Shown here piece by piece: positions 41,234 to 51,310 of a DNA stretch of 64,000 nucleotides. The DNA is taken from contig CALSSJ010000027.1 of the NCBI GenBank assembly GCA_943788985.1, positions 10,184 to 74,183 of the forward strand, in the 5' to 3' direction. Within the stretch, counting starts at the first letter, position 1. The number at the start of each line of letters is the position of its first letter. The notes below the pieces were generated by a model. That model did no database searches and was not told the DNA's origin. It was given only the letters and a program-made list of their open reading frames with translations. Both the position numbers and the translations under genes were made by a program. The stretch comes from an uncultured Lentisphaerales bacterium (GTDB lineage Bacteria; Verrucomicrobiota; Lentisphaeria; JABSQK01; UBA12247).

Positions 41234-43684
41234 TTGACGAATTTCACACGTTTCTTGAAAAACCGGTTTCGCGACCAGATTCACGCGAAGCTGTGTTTGG
41301 GACGCCCAACCTGGCGAGTTGGTGCCGTTTCCAGATACGTTGAATCCCAAGCTCCAGGCCGTATTGGAGGAGCAGGGCATTCGCTCCCTGTACTCGCATC
41401 AGGCCGAAGCCTTCACCACCGCCATTCGCAAGCCGGAGCACACAGTGCTCGTCTCCCAGACGGGCCCAGCGGCAAGACCCTTTCCTTTTCTCCTGCCAAT
41501 CCTGGACGCCCTACCTAGCCGAAGATACTCCGTTTACGGTCTTGCTTCTCTATCCCACCAAGGCACTGTCGCGCGACCAAGAAGGCACCCTCGGGCGGCT
41601 CCTCAAAGCTGCTGCTGGCAGCCTCACGCTTGGCACCTTCGATGGCGACACGCCCCCAGATGAGCGCACCCGCATTCAACGTAGCGCGGACTTTGTCCCT
41701 GACCAATCCCGACATGCTTCATGCCGGCATCCTGCCCTATCATCACCGGCGCTGGAAGCAGTTTCTATCCCCGCTTGCGCTACATCGTGATCGATGAAGT
41801 CCATACCTACCGCGGCGCCTTTGGCAGTCACGTGGCAAACGTCTTTCGCCGGCTGCTGCGCGTCTGTGAAATGCACGGTAGCACCCCCACCTTCGTCTGC
41901 TCATCTGCGACCATTGGCAATCCACGCGAGCATGTCGAAGCCCTGCTGCATAATCGCTTCCGGCTCATCGATCGTGACGGCTCCCCTCGCCCGCAGCGCA
42001 ATCTCTACCTGATCAATCCGCCGGTCGTCCAGAGTCACGGCTTTGCCTCCTATCGCAAGGGCCCCGGCTCCGTTGCCGTACCGCTCATTCACGAAGCCAC
42101 CTCCAATCGCATCCGCACCATCTGTTTTCTGCCGTGCGCGGCAGCAGGTCGAACGCCTGCGTCGCAGCGTCCTGCAGCGCTATCCCGAAGTTGGCAACGC
42201 GCGTCCAGCCCTACCGCGGCGGACTGCTCCCGAACGAACGCAGGCAGCTAGAGCGCGACCTTTTCGAAGGCCGCCTCAACACCATAATCAGCACCAATGC
42301 GCTCGAGTTGGGTATTGACATCGGCGACCTCGAACTCTGCATCCTGGTCGGCCACCCCGGCTCCCTAGCCAGCTTCTGGCAACAAGCAGGCCGCGTCGGC
42401 CGCAAAGGCACCGCTGCCACCATCGTCTTTATCGCCAAGGACACTCCGATCGACCAGTATCTGGTCAATCACAGCAGCTTCCTCACCGAGCGCCCCGTCG
42501 AGCGCGCCTGGCTGAACGCCGATAATCCCTACATCCTCAGCAGCACCTCCCCTGCGCTGCCCACGAGTACCCACTCCGCGATGAAGAGCCTTGGTTCCCC
42601 GAGCAGCACTACACGACTGCGCGCACGATCCTCGCCGAGGAAAAGACCATCGTTCCCTACAACAACTCGTGGCGCTACGCCCTGCGCGACTACCCCGCCC
42701 GCGGGGTAAACCTGCGCGGCATGACCGACTACAACATCGAAATTTACTGCGGCACCGAAGTCATCGGCGAGATCGACCCCATCGGCGCGCGCAGCGAGCT
42801 CTACAAAGACGCCATCTACCAGCATCTCGGCAGACGCTACCTCTCCCTGGATCTCGACCTGGACAAGAAGCTCTGTCACGTCGAGCAAGTCAATGTCGAC
42901 TACTACACCGAGGCTGTCTGGGAATCCCGCGTGACTCTGACCGAGGTCGAGGAACGAACCGAGGTCCACGGAAACCGCGTCGAGTTCGGCCCCATAAACG
43001 TCAACAAGCAGCCCAAGCTCTACAAGAAAATCCGAGAACGCTCCTTCGAAAATATTGGCTATGGGCCCATTACCCTCGAGCCCTTCATTTACGACACTAC
43101 CGGGCTCTGCCTGCTACCGGCTGCAGAGTGGCACGACGCCATGGAAGCGGCCGACAAGCGCTACGTCAGCGCCGCCCTGTTTGGCCTCAGTTACATCCTG
43201 CGCCACGCCGCCCCCAGCCTCTGCCTCTCCGATCGGCGCGACCTAGAAACCGATGTCAGCCTGGTCGAAGTCACAGACGGCATTGGAAGAGTGCCCTCTT
43301 CCTTTTCGACACCCACCTGGGGGGCATCGGCTTTTCCGAGCACATCTTCGGCATCCTGCCCGATGCCTCACCCTCTGTGCGTCAATGATCAAGGGCCTGC
43401 CCGTGCCAAGCGGGCTGTCCCGCCTGCGTCCCGCCCTTGCCTCCCGGTGTCGAAGACGAAGAGCTGCAGCAGTTGCTGATCGAGTCCAACGCCTCCGTCG
43501 CCTGCACCGTCAGCCTGCTCGACTCCCTCCTTACCGGTGCCATCATCCCGCCCGTCGTTCAGGAAACCGTCGTCCGCCGCCCCCGCCATCTCTCCTCCCC
43601 CCGAAGACCAGCCGCCCAACTGCGCCAACAACGCATGAAGCGAGCCGCCGGCATCATGAAGGACAAACGAGACCGCTACACTGA
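41234..43684 (+). CDS. DEAD/DEAH helicase with DUF1998 (MrfA/YprA/Hrq1-like), split by many indels
   Basis: LYSHQAEA, SGKT, DGDTP, IDEVHTYRGAFGSHVA, SATIGNP, TNALELGIDIG, QQAGRVGR, C-terminal CPC..GCPAC spread over successive frames. Confidence 0.85.
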
Positions 43685-44525
43685 TGGCTACCGGCATCTA
43701 TGATTTACTGACTCAGGAGGCGGCCGCAAGCTCGAAAAGTTTGGCGAAGTCGTCCTCGAGCGCCCCTGCGCTCAGGCAGTCTGGAGTGCTCAGCAGGACC
43801 CCGAGCGCTGGAAACCCAACGCGCATTCATCCGCACCGGCAGTGAAGGAAAATGGCAACTGCGCCAGAGCGTCCCGGCCGAATGGACCTGTGAGGTAGAC
43901 GGCCTCTCCTTCCTCCTGCGCGCCACAGACTTTGGCCATGTCGGCGTCTTCCCTGAGCATCGTCGTGCTTGGCGTTGGGTCACAGACACGATCCAGAGCC
44001 AGCCCGGTCGGACCCTGAAGGTCCTTAATCTCTTCGCCTACTCCGGCGGCGCCACCCTCGCGGCCGCCCGACCGAGCGGGTGCCACCGTCGTCCACCTCG
44101 ATGCCTCCAAGAAAATGGTCCAATGGGCCCGAGACAACGCCGCTCTCAACAAACTCTCCGATCGACCCATTCGCTGGATCTGTGACGACGTCACCAAGTT
44201 TCTCGACCGTGAGCTCCGGCGCGGCAATCGCTACGACGCCATTCTGCTCGATCCCCCCAGCTTTGGTCGCGGCAAGCGCCTCGAGCTATTCAAGATCGAC
44301 ACCCACCTGTCCAAGCTGCTCAGTCAGTGCCAGGCCTTGCTCTCCGACCAACCCGCCTGCCTCTTTCTCTCCTGCCACACCCCCGGTTACACCCCGCTCG
44401 TTCTCGACCATCTCGTCCGCCAAATGATGGGCAGCCAGGGACGCATCGAAACCGGCGAGATGCAGCTGACAGGCACCGATGCCCTCGCCATTCCCAGCGG
44501 AGCCTATGCCGCCTGGCGCGCCTAA
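43684..44525 (+). CDS. SAM-dependent methyltransferase (RlmI/RlmK-like), frameshifted
   Basis: [11 protein letters not shown]...[46 protein letters not shown]. Confidence 0.8.
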
Positions 44526-44528
44526 GTC

Positions 44529-45196
44529 ATGTCCAGCATTACCCTCGAGATTATTTATCAGGACAACCACCTGCTCGCCATCGACAAGCCCGCCGGCATT
44601 CCCACCCAAGACTCCGGGAGCGGCCTGGACAACCTCGAAGACCAAGCCCGGCAGTGGGTCAAAGAAGCCGCCAAAAAGCCCGGCAATGTCTTCCTCCACG
44701 CCGTCCACCGGCTGGATCGCCCCGTCAGCGGTGTCGTTCTGTTTGGCCGCACCACCAAGGCACTCCAGAGGCTCAATCTGCAGCAGCGCGAGAAGCAAAC
44801 CCGCCAAAGTCTACCTGGCCCTACTGGACCCGCCCGCCGCCCAAGCCCTCCGGGACCCTCACGCATTGCCTAGCCCATGGCAGTCACCGCGCACTGGTCA
44901 GCAACACGCCGTCAGCCCCGATCACAAACTGTCCACCCTGCACTACGAAGTCATCCGCCAGCACGGCCCGTTTTGCGAAGTGCGCATCCTGCTAGAGACC
45001 GGTCGTTACCATCAGATTCGTGCGCAATTCGCACATGTCGGCTGTCCCATCGTTAACGACAGCCAGTACGGCGCTACCCGTGCCAGTTGGCCCGCGCATC
45101 GGATTGCCCTCCATCACAGCGAGCTTGAGATCATCCACCCCACGCTGCGCAGTCCCCCTGGTTTTGCGGAGTTCGCACCCAGACAATCCTTGGTAG
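44529..45196 (+). CDS. RluA-family pseudouridine synthase, frameshifted
   Basis: IIYQDNHLLAIDKPAG, VHRLDRPVSG, K.YLA, LETGRYHQIRAQ, PIVND..YG, IALH. Confidence 0.85.
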
Positions 45197-45330
45197 AAGT
45201 ACGACGTGCTCCCTGGCGGTCGTCAATTTATGAGATGTATACCCTTTAATCGTCGAACAACTTACGGAAGCTATGCGGCAAGGTGCTCGAGAGGCGTGTT
45301 CGGAGCAGGTGCTAGTTCATCCACGCTCTG

Positions 45331-46383
45331 TTAGGCAGACTTGCGGACGGCGGCTGCCAGTGTTTCCAGCACCGTAACAGTATCCTCCCAGCCCAAGCAG
45401 GCATCGGTGATGCTTTGGCCATGGACCAGCTCGCGCCCTTGGGCGATCTCCTGACGCCCGGCGACTAGGTTGCTCTCAATCATCACGCCGAATACTGTAC
45501 CTTGATTTGTCGCGATCTGTGCCGCCAGGGTTTCTGCGACCGTGATCTGGTTACTTGGGATCTTGTGGCTGTTGCCATGACTGCAATCGACCATCAGGCG
45601 GGGGTTGAGGTGCTGCTGTTTGAGTAATTTCGAGGCGCTGGCCAGATTTTCCGCGTCGTAATTCGGTCCCTGGTTACTGCCGCGCATAATGACGTGACAC
45701 TCCGGGTTTCCCTGCGTCGCCACGATCGCGGCAACGCTCTGCTTGGTCACTGACAGGAAGTGATGCGCATGACGTGCTGCTTCAATCGCATCTATGGCGA
45801 CCTGGACGCTCCCAGTTGTGGCATTCTTAAATCCCATCGGGCAAGACATACCCGATGCCAGCTCGCGGTGGATCTGACTTTCTGTGGTCCGGGCGCCGAT
45901 CGCCCCCCAACTCACCAGATCTGCCAAAAACTGCGGCATAATCGTATCGAGAAACTCGCAGCCGGCTGGCATCCCAAGATCTGCCAGCTGACATAACAGG
46001 CCCCGCGCCACATGCAGCCCTTGGTTAATGTTGAAGCTGCCGTCAATCAGTGGGTCGTTGATCAGTCCCTTCCAGCCCACACTGGTCCGAGGTTTTTCGA
46101 AATAGACACGCATCACAATCAGCAAGTCCTCCGCGAACCGCACCGCTTGCTCCCGCAGGCGCTCTGCGTACTCCAGGGCCGCGTTCGTATCGTGAATGGA
46201 GCAAGGTCCCACGACAGCGACCAGCCGCTTGTCATCGCCACGCAGACACGCGCCGATCAGGTGCCGGGTCTTTGCCACCGTCTCCGATCCTGCCTCCCCC
46301 ACCGGCAACTCCTCCATGAGGATCGCCGGAGGAATCAATGGCTTGATCGCCGCTATTCTTACATCATCGGTCTCGTAGCGCAC
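45331..46383 (-). CDS. aroG: DAHP synthase (type I-alpha, AroF/G/H-like)
   Basis: VGPCSIHD, MRVYFEKPRT..GWKGLINDP, IGARTTESQ.HRE.ASG, DCSHGNS, SITDAC. Confidence 0.92.
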   Translation of the reverse strand: MRYETDDVRIAAIKPLIPPAILMEELPVGEAGSETVAKTRHLIGACLRGDDKRLVAVVGPCSIHDTNAALEYAERLREQAVRFAEDLLIVMRVYFEKPRTSVGWKGLINDPLIDGSFNINQGLHVARGLLCQLADLGMPAGCEFLDTIMPQFLADLVSWGAIGARTTESQIHRELASGMSCPMGFKNATTGSVQVAIDAIEAARHAHHFLSVTKQSVAAIVATQGNPECHVIMRGSNQGPNYDAENLASASKLLKQQHLNPRLMVDCSHGNSHKIPSNQITVAETLAAQIATNQGTVFGVMIESNLVAGRQEIAQGRELVHGQSITDACLGWEDTVTVLETLAAAVRKSA

Positions 46384-46577
46384 GGCACGGCCCTTCTTTC
46401 GTGTTGCAACTGCTCCTGCCTCGGTTGCACCGGGCTTCCGAGATCCAAGCCGCCACTATAATGAACTGAACCCGCAATTCCACCAACTGCTGACAGACCT
46501 GTGGACCTTAGCCAATGTGATTTCCAGGCAGTTCGGTAGGGGCCTGCGGCCTGCCTCAACAGCCCTGATGGGATCAT

Positions 46578-47002
46578 ATCGCTAGGTGCTTCGAACAGGT
46601 GGTTGCAGAGCCCGACGAGGCCTTACTACATTTGCTGCGCATGGGGAGACCGTTGGACATCAAGCACCTGAAGCAATTCCTCGAGACGTTTTCGGACTAC
46701 ACGGCGCTGGTCTGCACGACTTCTGCTCTCTCGCAGAGAGTCGTAGAAGTGTGCGACCTGCTGGAGATCGGGATCCCGGCGGATCTGAGTATCGCCTCGT
46801 TGCAGCGCGCGGGCACACGACCGGAGAGCGAGTCTGGGGGGAGTTTACCAGTGTTTATTATTGGTGGGAGGAGCTGTTTGCCGCCTGTTTTGCCGCGTTC
46901 GATGCCGGCAGCCGATACCCGCACATCGCCAGCATGGATTTTTTCCCGGAGGTGCTGCGGCATGAAAGCACGGCCCGGCTAGGTCATCTGCCCGGTGCGT
47001 GA
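46578..47002 (+). pseudogene. Decayed 3' fragment of the GntR-family regulator found intact at 49238-50368
   Basis: Near-identical to the 3' third of that gene; frameshift near 46835-46860; similarity fades upstream of ~46608. Confidence 0.85.
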
Positions 47003-47190
47003 CGTGAATTGAGGGCCTCCTGTCCACCACCACACGGCACTGCCGTGCCTGACTACGAACTTGGTCTTCTAGGGGGCCGCGCGGAAATAGATTCGCATTT
47101 TCGCGGGAGCGCCGCAAGGGGATTGCGGATCGCAGCAAATACATGCTACCATAGTTGCAGCATGACATGCTAAGCATTGGAGGTGTTTAC

Positions 47191-47448
47191 ATGAGTGTCA
47201 TTACCTTGCGCGGTCTGTCTCCGGATCTGGTTGAGAGCCTGAAGGCAGAAGCGCGACGAGAGCAAACCAGCATGAACCGGTACATCGTGAATCTCATTCA
47301 GGACAGGCTTGGGGGCAACCAGGCGGGCAAGCCTCGCGTTTACCACGACTTGGACGACCTGTTCGGAACGATGACCCTTGAAGACGCACAGGCGATCGAA
47401 GAGAGTGTCGCGGAGCAGCGTCAGATCGATCCGGAGTTGTGGTCATGA
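47191..47448 (+). CDS. FitA/VapB-like ribbon-helix-helix antitoxin, copy 1
   Basis: MSVITLRGLSPDLVESLKAEA...SMN RHH pattern, acidic C-terminus, GGAGG RBS, ATGA overlap with the toxin. Confidence 0.85.
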   Translation: MSVITLRGLSPDLVESLKAEARREQTSMNRYIVNLIQDRLGGNQAGKPRVYHDLDDLFGTMTLEDAQAIEESVAEQRQIDPELWS

Positions 47449-47837
47449 CCCGCCTGCTGCTGGACACCAACGCGTACAGTCAGGCCATGCGGGGCAAGGC
47501 AACTGCCATGAGCTTGCTGCGCAGTGCGGATCAGTTGCTCGTCTGCCCGGTCGTTCTGGGGGAACTGCTGGCCGGGTTTCGGCGCGGTGCGAGAGAGCAG
47601 GAGAACCGCGAGCAGCTGAATCGTTTCCTGGCGCGACCAAGGGTGATCCTGATGTCGATTGGAGCGGATACTGCGGAGTTCTACAGCCACGTCCTCAGCC
47701 AGCTCCGACGCTCTGGGACGCCGATTCCGGTCAACGACATCTGGATCGCGGCGTGCACGATGGAGCACGGCGCCTCACTGGCGACCCGCGACCGACACTT
47801 CCAGGAAGTCGAGGGGCTGCTGACCATCTCGTATTAA
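47445..47837 (+). CDS. vapC: VapC-family PIN-domain toxin, copy 1
   Basis: LLDTNAY, VLGEL..GF..G, PIPVNDIWIAA, LATRD.HF. Confidence 0.9.
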   Translation: MTRLLLDTNAYSQAMRGKATAMSLLRSADQLLVCPVVLGELLAGFRRGAREQENREQLNRFLARPRVILMSIGADTAEFYSHVLSQLRRSGTPIPVNDIWIAACTMEHGASLATRDRHFQEVEGLLTISY

Positions 47838-47990
47838 CCTGGCATCCCGCTCCTGAATCACCCAGCAAAAGAAGCAGAAACGTGATCATGAGAAGATTGG
47901 TTGTTGTGTTGCCCTTCGCGTTTGAACACACGGATCAAAACAGAGCATGAACATGGCAAAGAGGAGCGCGCGCGACACAAGCCCCATATT

Positions 47991-48107
47991 GGCCCCTGCC
48001 AGCTTGTCTGGGCAGGTGAACCAGCTTAACGGCCAGCCCCGGCTCCGGCCCAACGGAAGGCCCCTTGCCAGCTTGCCTGGCAGGTGAAGAAGCCTAACAG
48101 CCAGCCC
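47991..48107. repeat. Tandem ~49-nt imperfect repeat containing a hairpin, just 3' of the DUF1559 gene
   Basis: GGCCCC(T)TGCCAGCTTG(T/C)CTGG(G)CAGGTGAA..AGC(T/C)TAAC(G/A)GCCAGCCC at 47991-48039 and 48059-48107. Confidence 0.75.
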
Positions 48108-48929
48108 TCAATCGTCGGCGGTCACGGTCCAGAAGCCTTTGGGCGCGGATCGGGAGCCCGTGCCATGGATGGCCGGGTCGTCGATCATGTACGAGGCCAC
48201 ATGGCCGTCCGCGAACAGCCAGTTGACGGCACCGTCGTGGAGTGCGATGGTCGAGGCAGTGAAGCCGTCCATCCAGCCAGCTCCGTCCTCGAAATTTTTC
48301 ACGAGTGCGCCCCAGCCTTGCATCTGGTTGGTCCCGAAGCTGGAACTGAGACAGTCGACGACCACCCCGGTCCCGGTCGAGTCTTCGACGTTGACGAGTC
48401 GGCGCTGCTCGAACGGTGGGTTCGGCACTGTACTATATGCACCGTTGTAGGTCCCCCCTATGCTCGTAAACAGATGGGAGGAACCCGAGAGGGACCAGGC
48501 ATTGCCTTGAGTTGGCATGCTGTAGGATTGCGGCGCTGCCTGGGTTGTTCCAAGCAGCGCAAACTCGCGGGCGTCCGACGGGCAGACGAACGATCCTACG
48601 GCCTTGTCCAGCGTCACGTAGACCCTCTGCATTTCCGCATGCGTCAGGTCTTCCCCGAGGTAGCCATGGATTTGGTCGTCCCAGCTGTAGCGCGTGGCGC
48701 CATTCCAGGCGCCGGGCAGGTAGCCGTTATTGTCGCCGGTATAGCTGAAGAAGGCCAGGCCTATCTGTTTGAGATTGTTGATGCAGGAGATTTTCCGCCC
48801 CTGAGACCTTGCCTTGCTCAACGCTGGCAGCAGCAGGCTGGCCAGGATGGCGATGATCACGATGACGACGAGCAACTCGATCAGCGTAAACGCCCGCTGG
48901 GGCTTGGCAGTGTATGGTCGTGGGATCAT
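48108..48929 (-). CDS. Prepilin-type N-terminal cleavage/methylation protein, DUF1559 / H-X9-DG type
   Basis: [55 protein letters not shown]. Confidence 0.92.
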   Translation of the reverse strand: MIPRPYTAKPQRAFTLIELLVVIVIIAILASLLLPALSKARSQGRKISCINNLKQIGLAFFSYTGDNNGYLPGAWNGATRYSWDDQIHGYLGEDLTHAEMQRVYVTLDKAVGSFVCPSDAREFALLGTTQAAPQSYSMPTQGNAWSLSGSSHLFTSIGGTYNGAYSTVPNPPFEQRRLVNVEDSTGTGVVVDCLSSSFGTNQMQGWGALVKNFEDGAGWMDGFTASTIALHDGAVNWLFADGHVASYMIDDPAIHGTGSRSAPKGFWTVTADD

Positions 48930-49026
48930 GGCGTAGGTTCTCTGCGTGCGTATTTCATGCAAGATACAGTAGATTCCTAAAGCTGTCAAGCATGCTCCGT
49001 CCGTCTCGCAGGCTCGGCTCTGCATC

Positions 49027-49131
49027 ACTGGGAGCGCCGGATTGATCCGGCATTCGAAGCCTCCGCCCCTCGCTGCTCTACGCGCAGCACATTGCACATC
49101 GCAATTGCCGGATGAATCCGGCGCTCCCAGT
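49027..49131. repeat. REPIN/MITE-like inverted-repeat element, copy 2 (interior inverted relative to copy 1)
   Basis: ACTGGGAGCGCCGGATTGATCCGGCA ... TGCCGGATGAATCCGGCGCTCCCAGT. Confidence 0.85.
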
Positions 49132-49237
49132 CTTCCCGGCCCTGCACCACGCCTGCTTCCCGATTGCCGCAGTCGTGTTGTATCGCGCAGATCGCAATGT
49201 ATTATTGCTTGCATACTGCAAATACTCTGGGGCCACA

Positions 49238-50368
49238 ATGAACATCCTCTTCGATCATGTTCTGAAAGAGAACGGAAGCAGCCTGACCGAGCAGGTCTAC
49301 AACGCGGTCCTGGCGGGGATTCGCAACCAGGAGTGGCGTGAGGGCGAGAAGCTCCCTAGCTACAACGAGTTGGTGGCGGGGTCGGGGGTCAGTCGCAGTG
49401 TCTTTCAGTCGGTGTTCCGGCGTTTGGAGGAGGAGGGTTTTGTGGTGTCGGTCCGGGCGAAAGGCGTGTTCGTCAAGGAAGGCGCGCAGAGCCGCCGCCC
49501 CATCGTCGGACGCGCAGCTGTCATTCTGGGGGTGGAATCGACGCCTGAATCGCTGGCGGTGGGTGGCAGCACCGACGTGTTCGGCCCTCTGGACTTGTAC
49601 AACCTGCAGGCGGATGCTGGCAAGGCTGGCTATGTGATCTCGCTGCATCACGTGAATCGGGAAGGCGGGATCAGCCCGAACCTGACTGACGGCCAAGGCG
49701 AAGCGCTGAAGGGAATCGTGTCCATGGTGCCGGCCGGTTGTCTGGCGAAGTGCGGCGCGTTGCCGGCCCCGGTGGTGTACCTGGGCGTCGAGGATGACTT
49801 CAGCCATCCCCGGGTGTCGGCCGACATCTGTCAGGCGACGCGGATGCTGACGGAACACTTGATCGAACTCGGCCATACAAAGATCGCGTTTCTGGCCAGA
49901 CCCGACTGGCACGATCGGCTGTTCGAGAAGGCATGGCGCGGGTATGCGCAGGCGCTGTCAGGGATCTGCCAGGAGCCCGACAAGGCCTTGCTGCATTTTC
50001 TGCGCATGGGGAGACCGTTGGACATCAAGCACCTGAAGCACTTCCTCGAGACGTTTTCGGACTACACGGCGCTGGTCTGCACCACCTTTGCTCTCTCGCA
50101 GAGAGTCGTAGAAGTGTGCGACCTGCTGGAGATCGGAATCCCGGAGGATCTGAGTATCGTCTCGCTGCAACACGCGCTGATGCGACCGGACTGCGAGTCC
50201 GGGGCTGGGTTTACCAGTGTTACCTATTGGTGGGAGGAGCTGTTTGCCGCCTGTTTTGCCGCGTTCGATGCCGGCAGCCGATACCCGCACATCGCCAGCA
50301 TGGATTTTTACCCGAAGGTGCTGCGGCATGAAAGCACGGCCCGGCTAGGTGATCTGCCCGGTGCGTGA
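49238..50368 (+). CDS. GntR-family regulator with LacI-like periplasmic-binding-fold C-terminal domain
   Basis: GEKLPS..EL...GVSR....L.EEG......KGVFV w[22 protein letters not shown]. Confidence 0.88.
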   Translation: MNILFDHVLKENGSSLTEQVYNAVLAGIRNQEWREGEKLPSYNELVAGSGVSRSVFQSVFRRLEEEGFVVSVRAKGVFVKEGAQSRRPIVGRAAVILGVESTPESLAVGGSTDVFGPLDLYNLQADAGKAGYVISLHHVNREGGISPNLTDGQGEALKGIVSMVPAGCLAKCGALPAPVVYLGVEDDFSHPRVSADICQATRMLTEHLIELGHTKIAFLARPDWHDRLFEKAWRGYAQALSGICQEPDKALLHFLRMGRPLDIKHLKHFLETFSDYTALVCTTFALSQRVVEVCDLLEIGIPEDLSIVSLQHALMRPDCESGAGFTSVTYWWEELFAACFAAFDAGSRYPHIASMDFYPKVLRHESTARLGDLPGA

Positions 50369-50506
50369 CGTGAATTGAGGGCCTCCTGTCCACCACCACA
50401 CGGCACTGCCGTTCCTGACTACGAACTTGGTCTTCTAGGGGGCCGCGCGGAAATAGATTCACATTTTCGCGGGAGCGCCGCAAGGGGATTGCGGATCGCA
50501 GCAAAT

Positions 50507-50542
50507 AATGCTATCATAATTGCATCATGACATGCTAGCATT
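50507..50542. promoter_or_regulatory. Candidate TA autoregulatory operator
   Basis: AATGCTA...TAGCATT inverted repeat, including TGCTATCA, directly upstream of the antitoxin RBS. Confidence 0.55.
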
Positions 50543-50554
50543 GGAGGTGTTTAC

Positions 50555-50812
50555 ATGAGTGTCATTACCTTGCGCGGCCTGTCTCCGGATCTGGTTGAGA
50601 GTCTGAAGGCAGAAGCGCGACGAGAGCAAACCAGCATGAACCGGTACATCGTGAATCTCATTCAGGACAGGCTTGGGGGCAACCAGGCGGGCAAGCCTCG
50701 CGTTTACCACGACTTGGACGACCTGTTCGGAACGATGACCCTGGAAGACGCACAGGCGATCGAAGAGAGTGTCGCGGCGCAGCGTCAGATCGATCCGGAG
50801 TTGTGGTCATGA
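50555..50812 (+). CDS. FitA/VapB-like antitoxin, copy 2
   Basis: As copy 1, with one amino-acid change (E>A). Confidence 0.85.
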   Translation: MSVITLRGLSPDLVESLKAEARREQTSMNRYIVNLIQDRLGGNQAGKPRVYHDLDDLFGTMTLEDAQAIEESVAAQRQIDPELWS

Positions 50813-51201
50813 CCCGCCTGCTGCTGGACACCAACGCGTACAGTCAGGCCATGCGGGGCAACGCAACTGCCATGAGCTTGCTGCGCAGTGCGGATCAGTT
50901 GCTTGTCTGCCCGGTCGTTCTGGGGGAACTGCTGGCCGGGCTTCGGCGCGGTGCGAGAGAGCAGGAGAACCGCGAGCAGCTGAATCGTTTCCTGGCGCGA
51001 CCAAGGGTAATCCTGATGTCGATTGGAGCGGATACTGCGGAGTTCTACAGCCACGTCCTCAGCCAGCTCCGGCGCTCTGGGACGCCGATTCCGGTCAACG
51101 ACATCTGGATCGCGGCGTGCACGATGGAGCACGGCGCCTCACTGGCAACCCGCGACCGACACTTCCAGGAAGTCGAGGGGCTGCTGACCATCTCGTATTA
51201 A
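50809..51201 (+). CDS. vapC: VapC-family PIN toxin, copy 2
   Basis: As copy 1, with two amino-acid changes (K>N, F>L). Confidence 0.9.
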   Translation: MTRLLLDTNAYSQAMRGNATAMSLLRSADQLLVCPVVLGELLAGLRRGAREQENREQLNRFLARPRVILMSIGADTAEFYSHVLSQLRRSGTPIPVNDIWIAACTMEHGASLATRDRHFQEVEGLLTISY

Positions 51202-51310
51202 CCTGGCATCCCGCTCCTGAATCACCCAGCAAAAGAAGAAGAAACGTAATCATGAGAAGATTGGTTGTTGTGTTGCCCTTCACGTTTGAACACACGGATC
51301 AAAACAGAGC

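Larger units (their letters stand above)
46608..47965 (+). repeat. Direct repeat, copy 1 (~1.36 kb): GntR 3' part, TA pair and first codons of the sulfatase
   Basis: Aligns with 49973-51329 with scattered substitutions; identity ends after ATGAACATGGCAAAGAGGA. Confidence 0.95.

Noticed and set aside
41234..44525. DISARM-like defence system (DUF1998 helicase plus methyltransferase)
   Set aside because: The methyltransferase is rRNA-type (DPPSF), the helicase is a fused MrfA/Hrq1 type, and no drmA/C/D-like genes are present.
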